Virus record (IMG/VR): IMGVR_UViG_3300039099_000002
Length of the DNA: 38,052 nucleotides
DNA from: an uncultured virus (IMG/VR IMGVR_UViG_3300039099_000002)
Taxonomy: Duplodnaviria > Heunggongvirae > Uroviricota > Caudoviricetes
Strand: one strand, 5' to 3'
Under the pieces are notes generated by a model. That model saw nothing but the letters and a program-made list of their open reading frames with translations. It was not told where the DNA came from and made no database searches. Position 1 is the first letter of the stretch. Each line of letters begins with the position of its first letter. A program made the translations under genes and the position numbers. Of this stretch, positions 18,213-28,121 are shown one piece after another.

Positions 18213-18961
18213 TTAACAAAGAGTCATTATTTCATACTTAAGCATTCTTTTGTAAAGCTTTAATATTTTTGCGCTGTGCTTATTCATTAGCATTTCTTCA
18301 TCTGGATTTAATTTTCTAGAGCACACATTATCTAGCCTATGAAGAATCTTTTCTCTCTGCTCTATTAGTTTTGTGTATTTGTCAATCCTGATGGCAGCCT
18401 TACACCAATCATCAAAGTTTAGTGGCTCTTTTAAAAGTTTTTTACGTCTTCTATATTAAGCCCAAAAGTTGATAAATATTTAATGTCTAACTCCCAGTTA
18501 TTAATTGCAGCCCGTGAATATTTTTCCCACTCTGCTAAATACTCTTCTTGGTAGAATTGTTTTGTCAAAAAATCTAAAGTCATTGTTTTTGATTCCTGTG
18601 TTTTTCTTCTGTAACCAGCATACCACGCCTTCAATATTAATGCAATATTAATGTTGAAATATTTTAAGTAATTTGTGGAATGATTTTAAGTTGCCTATTG
18701 TCAATAAGCATAGTTCCATCATTTTCGCTCACAACAACGACTGCATTATTGGCTCTTGACTGCAATAAATAGATAATTTCGTCCCCCACAAAAGACTCTG
18801 GGTTTATATTTATTCCCATTTTGTTCTGTTTTGATTAAATGAAGTAAATTTTGCTCTCATAGTTTATTTCTTTCGGTGTTAATGCTGAAATATGGAAATA
18901 GTTTTTGTTCGGGCGATAACACTTAAAGTCAAACACTATTTTTGATGATAAAATTATCTCA

Positions 18962-21900
18962 ATGAAGGTATTAAAATATATGACTTTTTACGAATTTACA
19001 TCTAAAATAGCTCGCGTAAGAATAGGTGACGATGTTTGGCAATCTGGAGATGGTATATTGACAGCAGATATAAACGTAAATCTTAGCGAAAACAAAGCAT
19101 CAAGCACCGGAAGCTTTACTTTATACGATCCTGGGTTAAAAATTGCTGCAAAGTACAGAGCGTTGAGTATAAAGTTTGGCGGAATTATAGTAGATAGTGA
19201 ATTACTTAATTCAAAAGTAATTAATGATCAGAAACCGGACAATGTACCAAACACATCAATAGATGGGACAACACCAACAGTATCACCAACAGCATCGTCA
19301 ATACCTAATGGAACAAAATTAACTTGGAAAGACAATGAAATGCTTTTAGTCCGTGAAGCACTAAAAGCAGGATGGAACAAGAATCAAATAATCTTTTTAT
19401 TGGCGACCGCATCACACGAAACAGGTGATGCGGCCACAAAATATCCAGTTGGTGATACCCGCTTTTTAGCGGAACAAGGATCAGATAGTTATCTTGCACG
19501 ATACGCCAATGTTTCGGGTATCGGCAACAACGGCAGAAGAGACTGGGCAGTGAAATACAAGGGACGCGGATATCTACAAATAACTGGGCGCGGAGTTTAT
19601 GAAACCACAGGGAAAGCTGTGGGACTAGACCTAGTTAATAATCCAGAATTGGCGCAAAACCCAGACACTGCGGCTAAAATTGCGGTCTATCTTCTAAAGA
19701 GTAGACCACCAACTGGATACAAAAACATTAATCAATTTGGACTTTTGACGGATAAACCGGATTTTCGCAATGCCAGAAGAATGGTTAATGGCATCAGAGA
19801 AGATCAAATGAAACAGTACATGGAAGCTGTCAGGATTTATAGAGCCGGAGGAGGTTTTGAGAAGATTCGCGGACAGCAATTAAGCAATGTTGATGAACTG
19901 ATCAAGTCTGCATCAAGTGAAGGTGGGGGAGTAAAAGCAGCGGCAAAAAATGCCTCACCCAAAACTACAGTAAATCAATCCAAGGTTGGTGATTGGCCAT
20001 ATCCAAAAGTTGCAGCAACAAAGAAAATAATTGTCACATCTGGGCATCGGCTTGATATTAATAGCGGAACAAGCGGAACAACCAACACCTCGGTAAATTA
20101 TGGTGGCGAAACCAGAACAAAGGAGTCTGTTGCCACTGAGATTGCAGCACAGGTGGTAAGCTCCGAATTAACAAAAGCCGGATTTACAGTAATCGCACCA
20201 CCACCATTACCGTCAGCAAGAGGCGATAATGCCAGGAAAGCATACACCACAAGTGTGCAACAACTAAAAGAATCAACAGGCGCATATTCTCTTGAGTTGC
20301 ATTTTGACCAGCCAGGTGGTGGGAAACCAGGCGTTATTGCTGGCTCAAAATACGATGTAAGTGGTAAAAGTTTGAGCGAGATGGATGTAGCCCTAGCCAA
20401 AGAATTCGGTTTTTTTAGTTTTTATTGGGGACTGGCAGGGAAAGATATCCGCAGATTTCCAGACGAGAAACTTGGCTCTATTGCAAAAGGTTTAACAATT
20501 TTAGAAATTGATGCACTGAATAGCAATCTCACAAACTTAGTTGTAAGCGGTGTGGCGAATAATAATTTTACAGCATTAAAACAGGCTTTATTGCCCTATG
20601 CACAAAGGATTGTCAAAGCATTAAGCTCAATAACACCAATAACACCAAATGCCGAAAATAAATCAAAATCGGGATTAAAGCAGTTTGCGAAAACTATGCA
20701 GGGGACTAAAAACTCTGACGATACAAAAAGACTGAAAACTTCGGCACAGCCAGAGGAAGATACCAGAAAAGGGACTGAATTAATTATTGAAATGATGGTC
20801 GGCTCTAATAGTTTTACGCAGTTAATTGCTTTTCATTTTATCCACACAGAAGCCAGTTGCTCCAAGGAGTATGGTGTTGAAAAAACGTCGTTCTCTGGCA
20901 AGTCAGTGCGATGGAAATTATCAAGAATACCCCAAACACAAAGCTTTCAAAATATAACCCTTAGAGAATTTGCACAAAGAGTTGCAGAAGAATATAACCT
21001 TAAATTAGTTATGGAAGGGCAAGGTTTGTCATACCATTATTTACCGCAAGATGGTCAGACTGTATATCAAGTTTTAGAAAGAGAAGCGCGAAGAATTGGA
21101 TTCAAAATCAGCGATAGCCCAAGGTCAAATGAGCTAATTATTGAACCTTATGCCAGACCAAAGTTTACCGGATTTGTTGTAGATGAAGAGCTTTTTATAA
21201 GCTGCAATTTTTCAGATAAGGCAACAGCGTCACCAAGATATATCCCAGGCGTTTTGGAGTCGCAATTAGAGCAGAATGGAGCAAGTAACAAGGTTTCAAT
21301 AAATAGACAAACAGGTGTTGTTGATCAACATAATGTAGAAAACAAGACTGGAGCAATGTCAAACGGTGTTACAGGTAAGTCTGCACCACCTTCTGGTGGG
21401 ATAATAAAACCAAACAAATCAGCACCTAAAGTTGGTATTGTTAAATTAAATCAATTAAGTCAAGCACTAGACAAGCAGAAGAAAGCCCCAAGAGAGTCAA
21501 AAATTGTTGAGCCAGAAAAAGTTACATCAAAAACATTTACAAGACCAAATAATACAACTGTTAATGTTGAAAACAGAACTCAACGCACAAAAGAGTATCT
21601 GAAAATAACAGATGTTGAGACAAAAACGACAACAATCACAATGGGGACTGCAATAGAAAAAACTATTAAGAAAACTACAACAACTTACACAGATGGAATA
21701 ACAATAATTGAAACAGAAGAAACAGATAAAAATGGTGCTACATTTTCAGAAAAAATCCAAAACCAAAAAACAAACAATGAGATATTTACAACAAGAAATC
21801 TATCTTCAAGCATAAATATAGGAACTTTAAATGCAGGAATAGATATAAATGATGCGACCGGATTACCCAAAGTAGCCCCCGGAGCAATTGATTTAATTGA

Positions 21901-22711
21901 CGGTGGTGCAGAACAAGATGTTTTATTAAATGAAAACTCTAGAATTAAGGGATATGAAGGAAGCTTAACTTTGCGAACAGTGAAAGACACATTGTTGTTA
22001 GTTCCTGGAGAGATAATTGCCCTATCACCAAGAATATTTAATCAAGAGTTTGCAACTGAATTAAGAATCGAGGAGATAAGCCACAGCTTTAAAGATGGTC
22101 GGACAAAGATCCGATTCTATATCCCATTAATGAATGAACCAGAAACGCCCAATCTTGTACAGAATACAAAAATTACTGATATACAAGGACAAACACTAGG
22201 TGATGCCATTAATCCTAAAGCCACGCCTAAAGCCACGCCTAAAGCTTCGTCTGCTGGCAATAATTCACTGATTTTGCCAGCAGACGGACCAACAACTAGC
22301 GGGATAGGCGACAGGGTACATCCAGTTACAGGCGTTAGAAGGATGCACAAAGGTGTAGACATTGGTGCTAGAAATGGTTCACCGATAGTTGCACCAGGCA
22401 ATGCGACTGTGATTTACACCAAGTTTATTGGCGGATATGGAAATCAGGTGGCGATCGCTCTAAAACTCCCAAACACAGGTGAAACTGTATTTATGACATT
22501 TAGTCATGGGCAGAATGGAAGCTTCAAGGTCAAGGCTGGACAGCAAGTAACCAAAGGGCAAACTTTAATGCTGGTTGGCAGCACAGGACTTTCAACTGGA
22601 CCACATTTGCACTGGGAAACATATAAAGGGGGGTTGGGGCAAACCCTAATAAAACCCAGCGATATTGGGTACAGGCTGCCCAGACCACCTAAAGCACCTT
22701 TCGGTGTGTGA
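18962..22711 (+). CDS. Baseplate-hub/late-control-D-like tail protein with GH19 lysozyme, amidase_3-like and M23 peptidase domains
   Basis: GH19: LATASHETG...YKGRGYLQITGR..Y...LDLVNNPELA...ARRMVNG. Amidase: IIVTSGH..E..SLELHFD..ILEI. M23: HKGVDIG..GGYGNQV..VGSTGLSTGPHLHWE. Hub-like segments: ASSTGSFTLYDP, SFQNITL.E.A..VA, Q.GQT.Y..L.REARRIG, LRIEEISHSF. Confidence 0.85.
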   Translation: MKVLKYMTFYEFTSKIARVRIGDDVWQSGDGILTADINVNLSENKASSTGSFTLYDPGLKIAAKYRALSIKFGGIIVDSELLNSKVINDQKPDNVPNTSIDGTTPTVSPTASSIPNGTKLTWKDNEMLLVREALKAGWNKNQIIFLLATASHETGDAATKYPVGDTRFLAEQGSDSYLARYANVSGIGNNGRRDWAVKYKGRGYLQITGRGVYETTGKAVGLDLVNNPELAQNPDTAAKIAVYLLKSRPPTGYKNINQFGLLTDKPDFRNARRMVNGIREDQMKQYMEAVRIYRAGGGFEKIRGQQLSNVDELIKSASSEGGGVKAAAKNASPKTTVNQSKVGDWPYPKVAATKKIIVTSGHRLDINSGTSGTTNTSVNYGGETRTKESVATEIAAQVVSSELTKAGFTVIAPPPLPSARGDNARKAYTTSVQQLKESTGAYSLELHFDQPGGGKPGVIAGSKYDVSGKSLSEMDVALAKEFGFFSFYWGLAGKDIRRFPDEKLGSIAKGLTILEIDALNSNLTNLVVSGVANNNFTALKQALLPYAQRIVKALSSITPITPNAENKSKSGLKQFAKTMQGTKNSDDTKRLKTSAQPEEDTRKGTELIIEMMVGSNSFTQLIAFHFIHTEASCSKEYGVEKTSFSGKSVRWKLSRIPQTQSFQNITLREFAQRVAEEYNLKLVMEGQGLSYHYLPQDGQTVYQVLEREARRIGFKISDSPRSNELIIEPYARPKFTGFVVDEELFISCNFSDKATASPRYIPGVLESQLEQNGASNKVSINRQTGVVDQHNVENKTGAMSNGVTGKSAPPSGGIIKPNKSAPKVGIVKLNQLSQALDKQKKAPRESKIVEPEKVTSKTFTRPNNTTVNVENRTQRTKEYLKITDVETKTTTITMGTAIEKTIKKTTTTYTDGITIIETEETDKNGATFSEKIQNQKTNNEIFTTRNLSSSINIGTLNAGIDINDATGLPKVAPGAIDLIDGGAEQDVLLNENSRIKGYEGSLTLRTVKDTLLLVPGEIIALSPRIFNQEFATELRIEEISHSFKDGRTKIRFYIPLMNEPETPNLVQNTKITDIQGQTLGDAINPKATPKATPKASSAGNNSLILPADGPTTSGIGDRVHPVTGVRRMHKGVDIGARNGSPIVAPGNATVIYTKFIGGYGNQVAIALKLPNTGETVFMTFSHGQNGSFKVKAGQQVTKGQTLMLVGSTGLSTGPHLHWETYKGGLGQTLIKPSDIGYRLPRPPKAPFGV

Positions 22712-22814
22712 GCAAATTATTTTTCGTATTACACCTGTATTAAAAAATCCCGTAATACAGGTGTGTATTTGCACAATATATTTTATTTAATAAAAAATAA
22801 AGGGAGGTTGATTT

Positions 22815-22935
22815 TACCGATGGTGCGAGGCGTTGATAGGGTGCTGGGACAAATATTTGGTTTATGGTGGGGAGACGGCTGCGGGGAGCGATCGCTAAAA
22901 CACAAAAGCCTTACTGCGCGAGGATTACAATATTT
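22815..22935 (+). repeat. Internally deleted copy of the repeat module
   Basis: ...tttggtttatggtggggagacggctgcggggagcgatcgctaaaacacaaaagccttactgcgcgaggattacaatat matches the 159-bp unit. Confidence 0.75.
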
Positions 22936-22943
22936 GTTTAATC

Positions 22944-23507
22944 CTAAAATTTTATTTTTGAGCAATTAATTGGATCTGGAGTCAAGTCTTTCAAGTTATT
23001 CTTTTTGTAAAAATACGAGTCGCTTGGCGTTTCTTCTAGTCTCCGAGCCGAATCCCAAGCATCGAAATTAATTGTAGCATCGATAAATTTTACCTTTTTT
23101 CTTGTTTTGTCAATAACAAATTTTTTATAGTTAAAGTTTAATTGATCTGACTGAATGCTTGGCTTAAAAGTGTTCCTAGAGAATAATTCTTCGTACTCAG
23201 CCTCTTCATATCCAGTCCCGACTAAAATGTTTGAATATTTTTTAGAGATTTGACCGTAAAAACAGGTACTGTAATTAAAATTCCCAGGCATAAAGAATAA
23301 ACCAACTACATTGTTTTTGGTTTTATTAAACACAAAACAGCTAGAAAAATCACGGTCAGGCTCACAATAAAGTATTTTTCTACCGTCTCTAACTGCGTTT
23401 AAATTTAATATTGGATCTAATCCTGATGGTACTGCAAAACTTTCTTGTGTAACTTCACCAAAACAAGAGCTTAAAACTAAGAGCGAAACCAGCAATTTAT
23501 TGTTCAT
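22944..23507 (-). CDS. Putative exported protein or lipoprotein
   Basis: Likely start MNNKLLVSLLVLSSC: signal peptide with a lipobox-like LSSC. Confidence 0.65.
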   Translation of the reverse strand: MNNKLLVSLLVLSSCFGEVTQESFAVPSGLDPILNLNAVRDGRKILYCEPDRDFSSCFVFNKTKNNVVGLFFMPGNFNYSTCFYGQISKKYSNILVGTGYEEAEYEELFSRNTFKPSIQSDQLNFNYKKFVIDKTRKKVKFIDATINFDAWDSARRLEETPSDSYFYKKNNLKDLTPDPINCSKIKF

Positions 23508-23569
23508 ACCCAGCACTCCACGAAAATACATCAAATTTATATTTTACTACAAAACTTTGGAGTTTCATT

Positions 23570-23738
23570 GGCAACCAGGTGGCGATCGCTCTCTCGTGCT
23601 GGTTGGCAGCACAGGATTTTCAACTGGACCGCATTTGCACTGGGAAACATATAAAGGGAGTTGGGGCAAACCCTAATAAAACCCAGCGACATTGGGTAGA
23701 GTTTGCCCAGACCAACTGTACCAGCTTACGGCGTGTGA
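23570..23738 (+). pseudogene. Degenerate duplicate of the 3' end of the M23 domain of 18962..22711
   Basis: Aligns to ~22440-22711 with a ~105-bp deletion after the HIP1 site, a 1-nt deletion and a TAC>TAG change; partial second copy at 24197-24305. Confidence 0.85.
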
Positions 23739-23830
23739 ACAAATTATTTTTATATTACAACCGTGTTACAAGAATTTTAGATATAGGTGCGTACTTGCAT
23801 AATATATTAATTAAAATCAAAAATAAAGTT

Positions 23831-24757
23831 GGGAAGATGATCACTTTCTTATAGGAAACTGCCCTTTTTTCTTTGCATCTTCCCTTTACTTTTGGCGCAC
23901 CTTATGTTATACTCCACCGCAGATTTTTTAACGAGAGAATGCGGGTTTGAGGCGTGTTACAAGATTGGGATTTTGGCGACATTGGTCCAGGTTGGGAACG
24001 AATGTCTGTTTTGCTGGTTTGGGGACGGCTGCTGGGGAATATTGCCAAAAACACAAAACCCTTGCTGTGCGGAGATTGCAATATGTTTTTGCCACCAAAG
24101 TTAGAGCAGACTTTGGGCTTTTAGCCGGTGGCATGGGCGTTAACGAGGTGTTGGTACAAATGTTTGGTTTATAGTTTTTGGGGACGGCTGTGGGGAGCGA
24201 TCGCTCTCTCGTGCTGGTTGGCAGCACAGGATTTTCAACTGGACCGCATTTGCACTGGGAAACATATAAAGGGAGTTGGGGCAAACCCTAATAAAACCCA
24301 GCGACTTATGTTATACTCCCCCGCAGATTTTTTAACGAGAGAATGCGGGTTTGAGGCGTGTTACAAGATTTTGATTTTGGCGACATTGGTCCAGGTTGGG
24401 AACGAATGTCTGTTTTGCTGGTTTGGGGACGGCTGCTGGGGAATATTGCCAAAAACACAAAACCCTTGCTGTGCAGAGATTGCAATATGTTTTTGCCACC
24501 AAAGTTAGAGCAGACTTTGGGCTTTTAGCCGGTGGCATGGGCGTTAACGAGGTGTTGGTACAAATGTTTGGTTTATAGTTTTTGGGGACGGCTGTGGGGA
24601 GCNNNNNNNNNNNNNNNNNNNNNNNNNNNNNNNNNNNNNNNNNNNNNNNNNNNNNNNNNNNNNNNNNNNNNNNNNNNNNNNNNNNNNNNNNNNNNNNNNN
24701 NNGATCGCTAAAAACACAGAACCCTTGCTGTGCGGGGATTGCAATATGTTTTTACCG
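23831..24757 (+). repeat. Repeat module, copies D and E (spanning an assembly gap)
   Basis: Inverted-repeat box 23831-23884, TTTACT-N17-TATACT, lead unit and repeat unit. 23902-24198 recurs almost exactly at 24306-24602. A unit end follows the gap at 24703-24757. Confidence 0.85.
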
Positions 24758-24784
24758 TGAGAAAATATAGATTTAAAGACGGGC

Positions 24785-24813
24785 TTGACTTTTGCGGTTA
24801 TCCATAGTAATAT
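24785..24813 (+). promoter_or_regulatory. Conserved element promoter, copy 8
   Basis: TTGACT-tttgcggttatccatag-TAATAT. Confidence 0.75.
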
Positions 24814-24844
24814 AAATATAGAAAAACAGTATAACAACAAAACA

Positions 24845-25075
24845 ATGGCTAACGGAATATTCGACAAAAAGAGCATAAATTTTGAACTGATTGATGGACT
24901 TCCTGACCATCACGGCACTTATTTGTTCTTACTTGAAGATGGAACAATAAGAGAGGGATATTATAGCTCTTTCCCCCATCCAGATTGTGAGAAGGGAACG
25001 GTTAAATGGTGCGACCAAGAAAACGAGTGGTTTTATTACGAAATCGCTGTGGGTTGGTTCAAGCGTATTGAATAA
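24845..25075 (+). CDS. Small hypothetical phage-like protein
   Basis: Start MANGIF at 24845 after the promoter and an A/C-rich leader; its last 28 bp are tandemly duplicated. Confidence 0.65.
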   Translation: MANGIFDKKSINFELIDGLPDHHGTYLFLLEDGTIREGYYSSFPHPDCEKGTVKWCDQENEWFYYEIAVGWFKRIE

Positions 25076-25254
25076 AGTGGGTTGGTTTAAGCGTATTGAA
25101 TAAATTCAAGATAGTTGTTACTCGCAAAAAAGTGTTATGAAGCAGAGCCTAACAGAAGAAGAAGCATTAAATATTTCAATATTTGGTCAATTAATGACTC
25201 TATTCTCAATAGACAATCGATTTTACCTTAATAAGAGATAAATACAAGCAAAGA

Positions 25255-25908
25255 ATGGAGGGGAAGAGTGTGAAACAGATAAAAACCAAAACAAACTACA
25301 AGAAATGGACTCAAGAAGAGGACAATTATTTATTAACTTCCGGGAATAATTTAACCTATTCAGAATTGCAAAAAGCCCTCGGAGCATCTCGCACCCAGGT
25401 AGACCATAGGTGCAAAATTCTTGGCGTTTCTCCGAAGAAACTGAAGCAGCATAAAACCCTCGCAGAAGGGGAAAAAGAGGTTTGTCTACAAGGATGTCCT
25501 CGCCAAGCAGCGGAAAAGCTGGGAGTTTCCATCTCAACTGCTAGACGACGTAGAAGAGAGCTACTGAAAATTGATTATCGGTATTTTAACGCACGGACTT
25601 CAGTGCCATTACCGCCATCACCGGCATCTACAGGAACTAAATCGCTGATAAATTTTGTTAGTTTCAATGCTAAACAACCCGTAGAACCAACATGGACCCC
25701 TGGAAACGACGTTTTGAAGGGGAAAAAAGCCAAGATTGGGATTAATGAAATTTTGTCACAATTTCAAGGACTGTCCGCCGGACAAATTCACCAGATGAAA
25801 CTTATTTATTCTCACAGCCCTAAATCGGCTGTGAGATATTGCGAAGCAATCAGAGAATATGCAAAAGACAAAACCACATATTCGCCAGCAAGAATTAGGA
25901 GCAGATGA
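25255..25908 (+). CDS. HTH/Myb-like DNA-binding protein
   Basis: KWTQEEDNYLL...TYSELQKALGASRTQV and a second HTH QAAEKLGVSISTARRRRREL. Confidence 0.7.
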   Translation: MEGKSVKQIKTKTNYKKWTQEEDNYLLTSGNNLTYSELQKALGASRTQVDHRCKILGVSPKKLKQHKTLAEGEKEVCLQGCPRQAAEKLGVSISTARRRRRELLKIDYRYFNARTSVPLPPSPASTGTKSLINFVSFNAKQPVEPTWTPGNDVLKGKKAKIGINEILSQFQGLSAGQIHQMKLIYSHSPKSAVRYCEAIREYAKDKTTYSPARIRSR

Positions 25909-26001
25909 ACCGAGTGACTTTAGATTTCCCCGTACCAGAATCAAAACCAACCACGAAGCACCATGATTTTGGTAGGTACGATTCACCCCATTGGTTTGTC
26001 A

Positions 26002-26250
26002 CTCATACACCTCACGGTAAGTGGGAAACTCAGCGTCTTTAGACCTGAGAGGGAAGCGGCGCGAGCGGTTTTAACCGCTGTGGTATTTTCTGTATTATCC
26101 GTGATGCGGATCTTCAATATATTTCCTCACCGATTCACCACTAACATTCCCTGCGGTGCTTACAAAATAACTACTTGTCCAAAGAGACGGTAGTTTTTTT
26201 AATTGGGGAAATTCTTTTCTGAGGTAGAAACTAGAACGCCCTTTAAATGC
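26002..26250 (-). mobile_element. tnpA: IS200/IS605 remnant: C-terminal fragment of Y1 transposase TnpA (26095-26250) plus element end
   Basis: Minus-strand translation AFKGRSSFYLRKEFPQLKKLPSLWTSSYFVSTAGNVSGESVRKYIEDPHHG*, followed by gcggttaaaaccgc and ctcaggtctaaagacgctgag end hairpins. Confidence 0.85.
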
Positions 26251-26289
26251 CCAAAAAATAGGCGCACACAACGGAATCTCAAAAATACT

Positions 26290-27186
26290 CTAACATACAT
26301 TAAGATGTTTTTTGAGTATTGGTTTTTGTGGTGATGTATACGCTTTTTTTCGTGGCTTTATTGGAGGCGCAAAAACAACATCTGTTTTTGCGGTATCTGT
26401 GCTAGTTTCGCGTTTTTTCTCAAGCCTTGCTTTTGCTGCCACAGCCTTTTCCTCTTTCTGGAGTTTTATATATTTGGGACTTTTAGTGCTTGGTGGACAC
26501 AAAAGCTCAACAAACGTAAATCCATCATTTTGTGGATCAAACCTTACTTTTGTTGATACGAAAAATGGGCTATAGACATTTTGTTTTTCTCCTTCTCTTG
26601 GCTTTATAAAACGATAGGCTTTAGGTAAAAAACTCAAATTGCTGCCATATACATTTACTGGTACATGATTTGTTTTTGTTAACAAAGCCTTCTCTATTGC
26701 TGTGCATTTACCAAGAGTGGCGACAAGGTTATCTGTGAAATTTCTAAAAACAGAAATACATGGGGTTTTGCACACAGGTATATATTGCCAAATCCCACAG
26801 ATTTTAAACTCCAGATCGTCTAGTCTCTTGTCTAAATCAGTTGTGTTGCTGTTTTCCTTAGAGCCTCTAAATCCAATAACATCAAAGCTTATTTTGTGCG
26901 CTGTCTGTCCTGGGAAATGTGTCAATATTGGGTAGACAACCAATCTCTTGATGTTATTGGATTTTGCTGCTTTTTTAAGTTGCTGGAACATTCCAACTTT
27001 ACTGAAACATAATTTATATTTATTATTCCCTATTTTTATAGAGGCACTAGTGGACTCAAATTGAACGTCCCCAGATATAACACCAACGGCTTGAAAAAAA
27101 TTGTTCTGACCTAAATCTTTGTTGCCCAAGACTGACATAATAAGCTCCATCAATATACTTGCCTTATTAAAAATTATAATACACAA
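26290..27186 (-). CDS. Hypothetical protein of a type seen on cyanobacterial mobile elements
   Basis: 298-aa ORF (true start possibly 27138 or 27150); FQAVGVI.GDV, RLVVYP..HFP, GIWQYIPVCKTPCISVFRN; basic Pro-rich tail. Confidence 0.7.
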   Translation of the reverse strand: MCIIIFNKASILMELIMSVLGNKDLGQNNFFQAVGVISGDVQFESTSASIKIGNNKYKLCFSKVGMFQQLKKAAKSNNIKRLVVYPILTHFPGQTAHKISFDVIGFRGSKENSNTTDLDKRLDDLEFKICGIWQYIPVCKTPCISVFRNFTDNLVATLGKCTAIEKALLTKTNHVPVNVYGSNLSFLPKAYRFIKPREGEKQNVYSPFFVSTKVRFDPQNDGFTFVELLCPPSTKSPKYIKLQKEEKAVAAKARLEKKRETSTDTAKTDVVFAPPIKPRKKAYTSPQKPILKKHLNVC

Positions 27187-27241
27187 ATTAAAAAAATATC
27201 AAGACAATTTATGTGATATTGTCTTGATATTTTTTTAATTT
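27185..27241. terminator. Perfect inverted repeat, ~24-bp arms
   Basis: aaattaaaaaaatatcaagacaat-N9-attgtcttgatatttttttaattt. Confidence 0.6.
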
Positions 27242-27364
27242 AATTGCTATATAGTGCAATGATTCCAGATATTTTTGCTGTCGCCCCTACCAAGAAAAAG
27301 AGAGTCAAAACAAACAAGACAAAGAAAAACAGTGCGTTTATTGTTTTTTGGTTTATTTCTTCTA

Positions 27365-27553
27365 TCATTTTGTTCTAGGGCGAGTCACCAACATAAAAAT
27401 AACTATCGCACAAAAAATTATAATTATGAAACCATCAAGACCTATTCCTTGTTGTACAAGCATAAGTATTATTATCGCCAAGACAATAAGTGCTGACATA
27501 AATGACATAAAGACAACGATTCCATTTAGTTTTAATTTCTGCGGCAAAGACAT
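27365..27553 (-). CDS. Small two-TM membrane protein
   Basis: 62 aa, two hydrophobic helices, AGGAG upstream. Confidence 0.55.
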   Translation of the reverse strand: MSLPQKLKLNGIVVFMSFMSALIVLAIIILMLVQQGIGLDGFIIIIFCAIVIFMLVTRPRTK

Positions 27554-27620
27554 TGTAATGCTCCTATGTTGTTGTTTTTGTGTGACAAGTATTTTTATTT
27601 AAATAAAGATACTATACTTA

Positions 27621-28121
27621 TTATCGTCTGCTTCCGGTGTTGCCGGCGTTATTTTTTGCAGCGGAAGACAATACGGCAGATGTCCAAAAGAATACTTCCG
27701 ATATTAAAACCATTACTACTGCCAATATCTGAGAGTCAATGGTTTTTCCCATCCGCATTTGAGCGATATTGATTGTGTAATCATAATAAAAGGTCGCAGC
27801 GGCAAGACAGCTTAAAAATATTACAGACAACACACCCACTAATTTGCTAAATTCGTTTTCTGACTTTGTTTGCGCCATAAAATCATCCAAAACCGAGGGG
27901 TCAAAGATGATTGACATTGCAGCAAATTCAATGGCAATTATTACGGCACTCGCCACAAAACTACCGGCGAATCGGTAAATAATGTTCGCCTTGGAATAAA
28001 CATTCCAGAAGTACATAATTAAACACAGGAAGTTAAAAACTCCCGATGCCCATCCGCATTTCTCAAACTTCTTTGCTAGGCTGACGTTAATCTCTGCTGT
28101 TCTACTAAATAAAGAGGTCAT
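27621..28121 (-). CDS. Four-TM membrane protein
   Basis: 166 aa with four hydrophobic segments. Confidence 0.7.
   Translation of the reverse strand: MTSLFSRTAEINVSLAKKFEKCGWASGVFNFLCLIMYFWNVYSKANIIYRFAGSFVASAVIIAIEFAAMSIIFDPSVLDDFMAQTKSENEFSKLVGVLSVIFLSCLAAATFYYDYTINIAQMRMGKTIDSQILAVVMVLISEVFFWTSAVLSSAAKNNAGNTGSRR

Noticed and set aside
19305..22401. Antisense ORFs inside the lysin gene, and similar ones inside the methyltransferase and FtsK genes
   Set aside because: Shadow frames fully overlapping well-supported genes.
23570..23738. Diversity-generating retroelement template repeat for the C-terminus of 18962..22711
   Set aside because: Mismatches are not adenine-specific (C>T, T>C, C>G, G>T and indels), and no reverse transcriptase is present.
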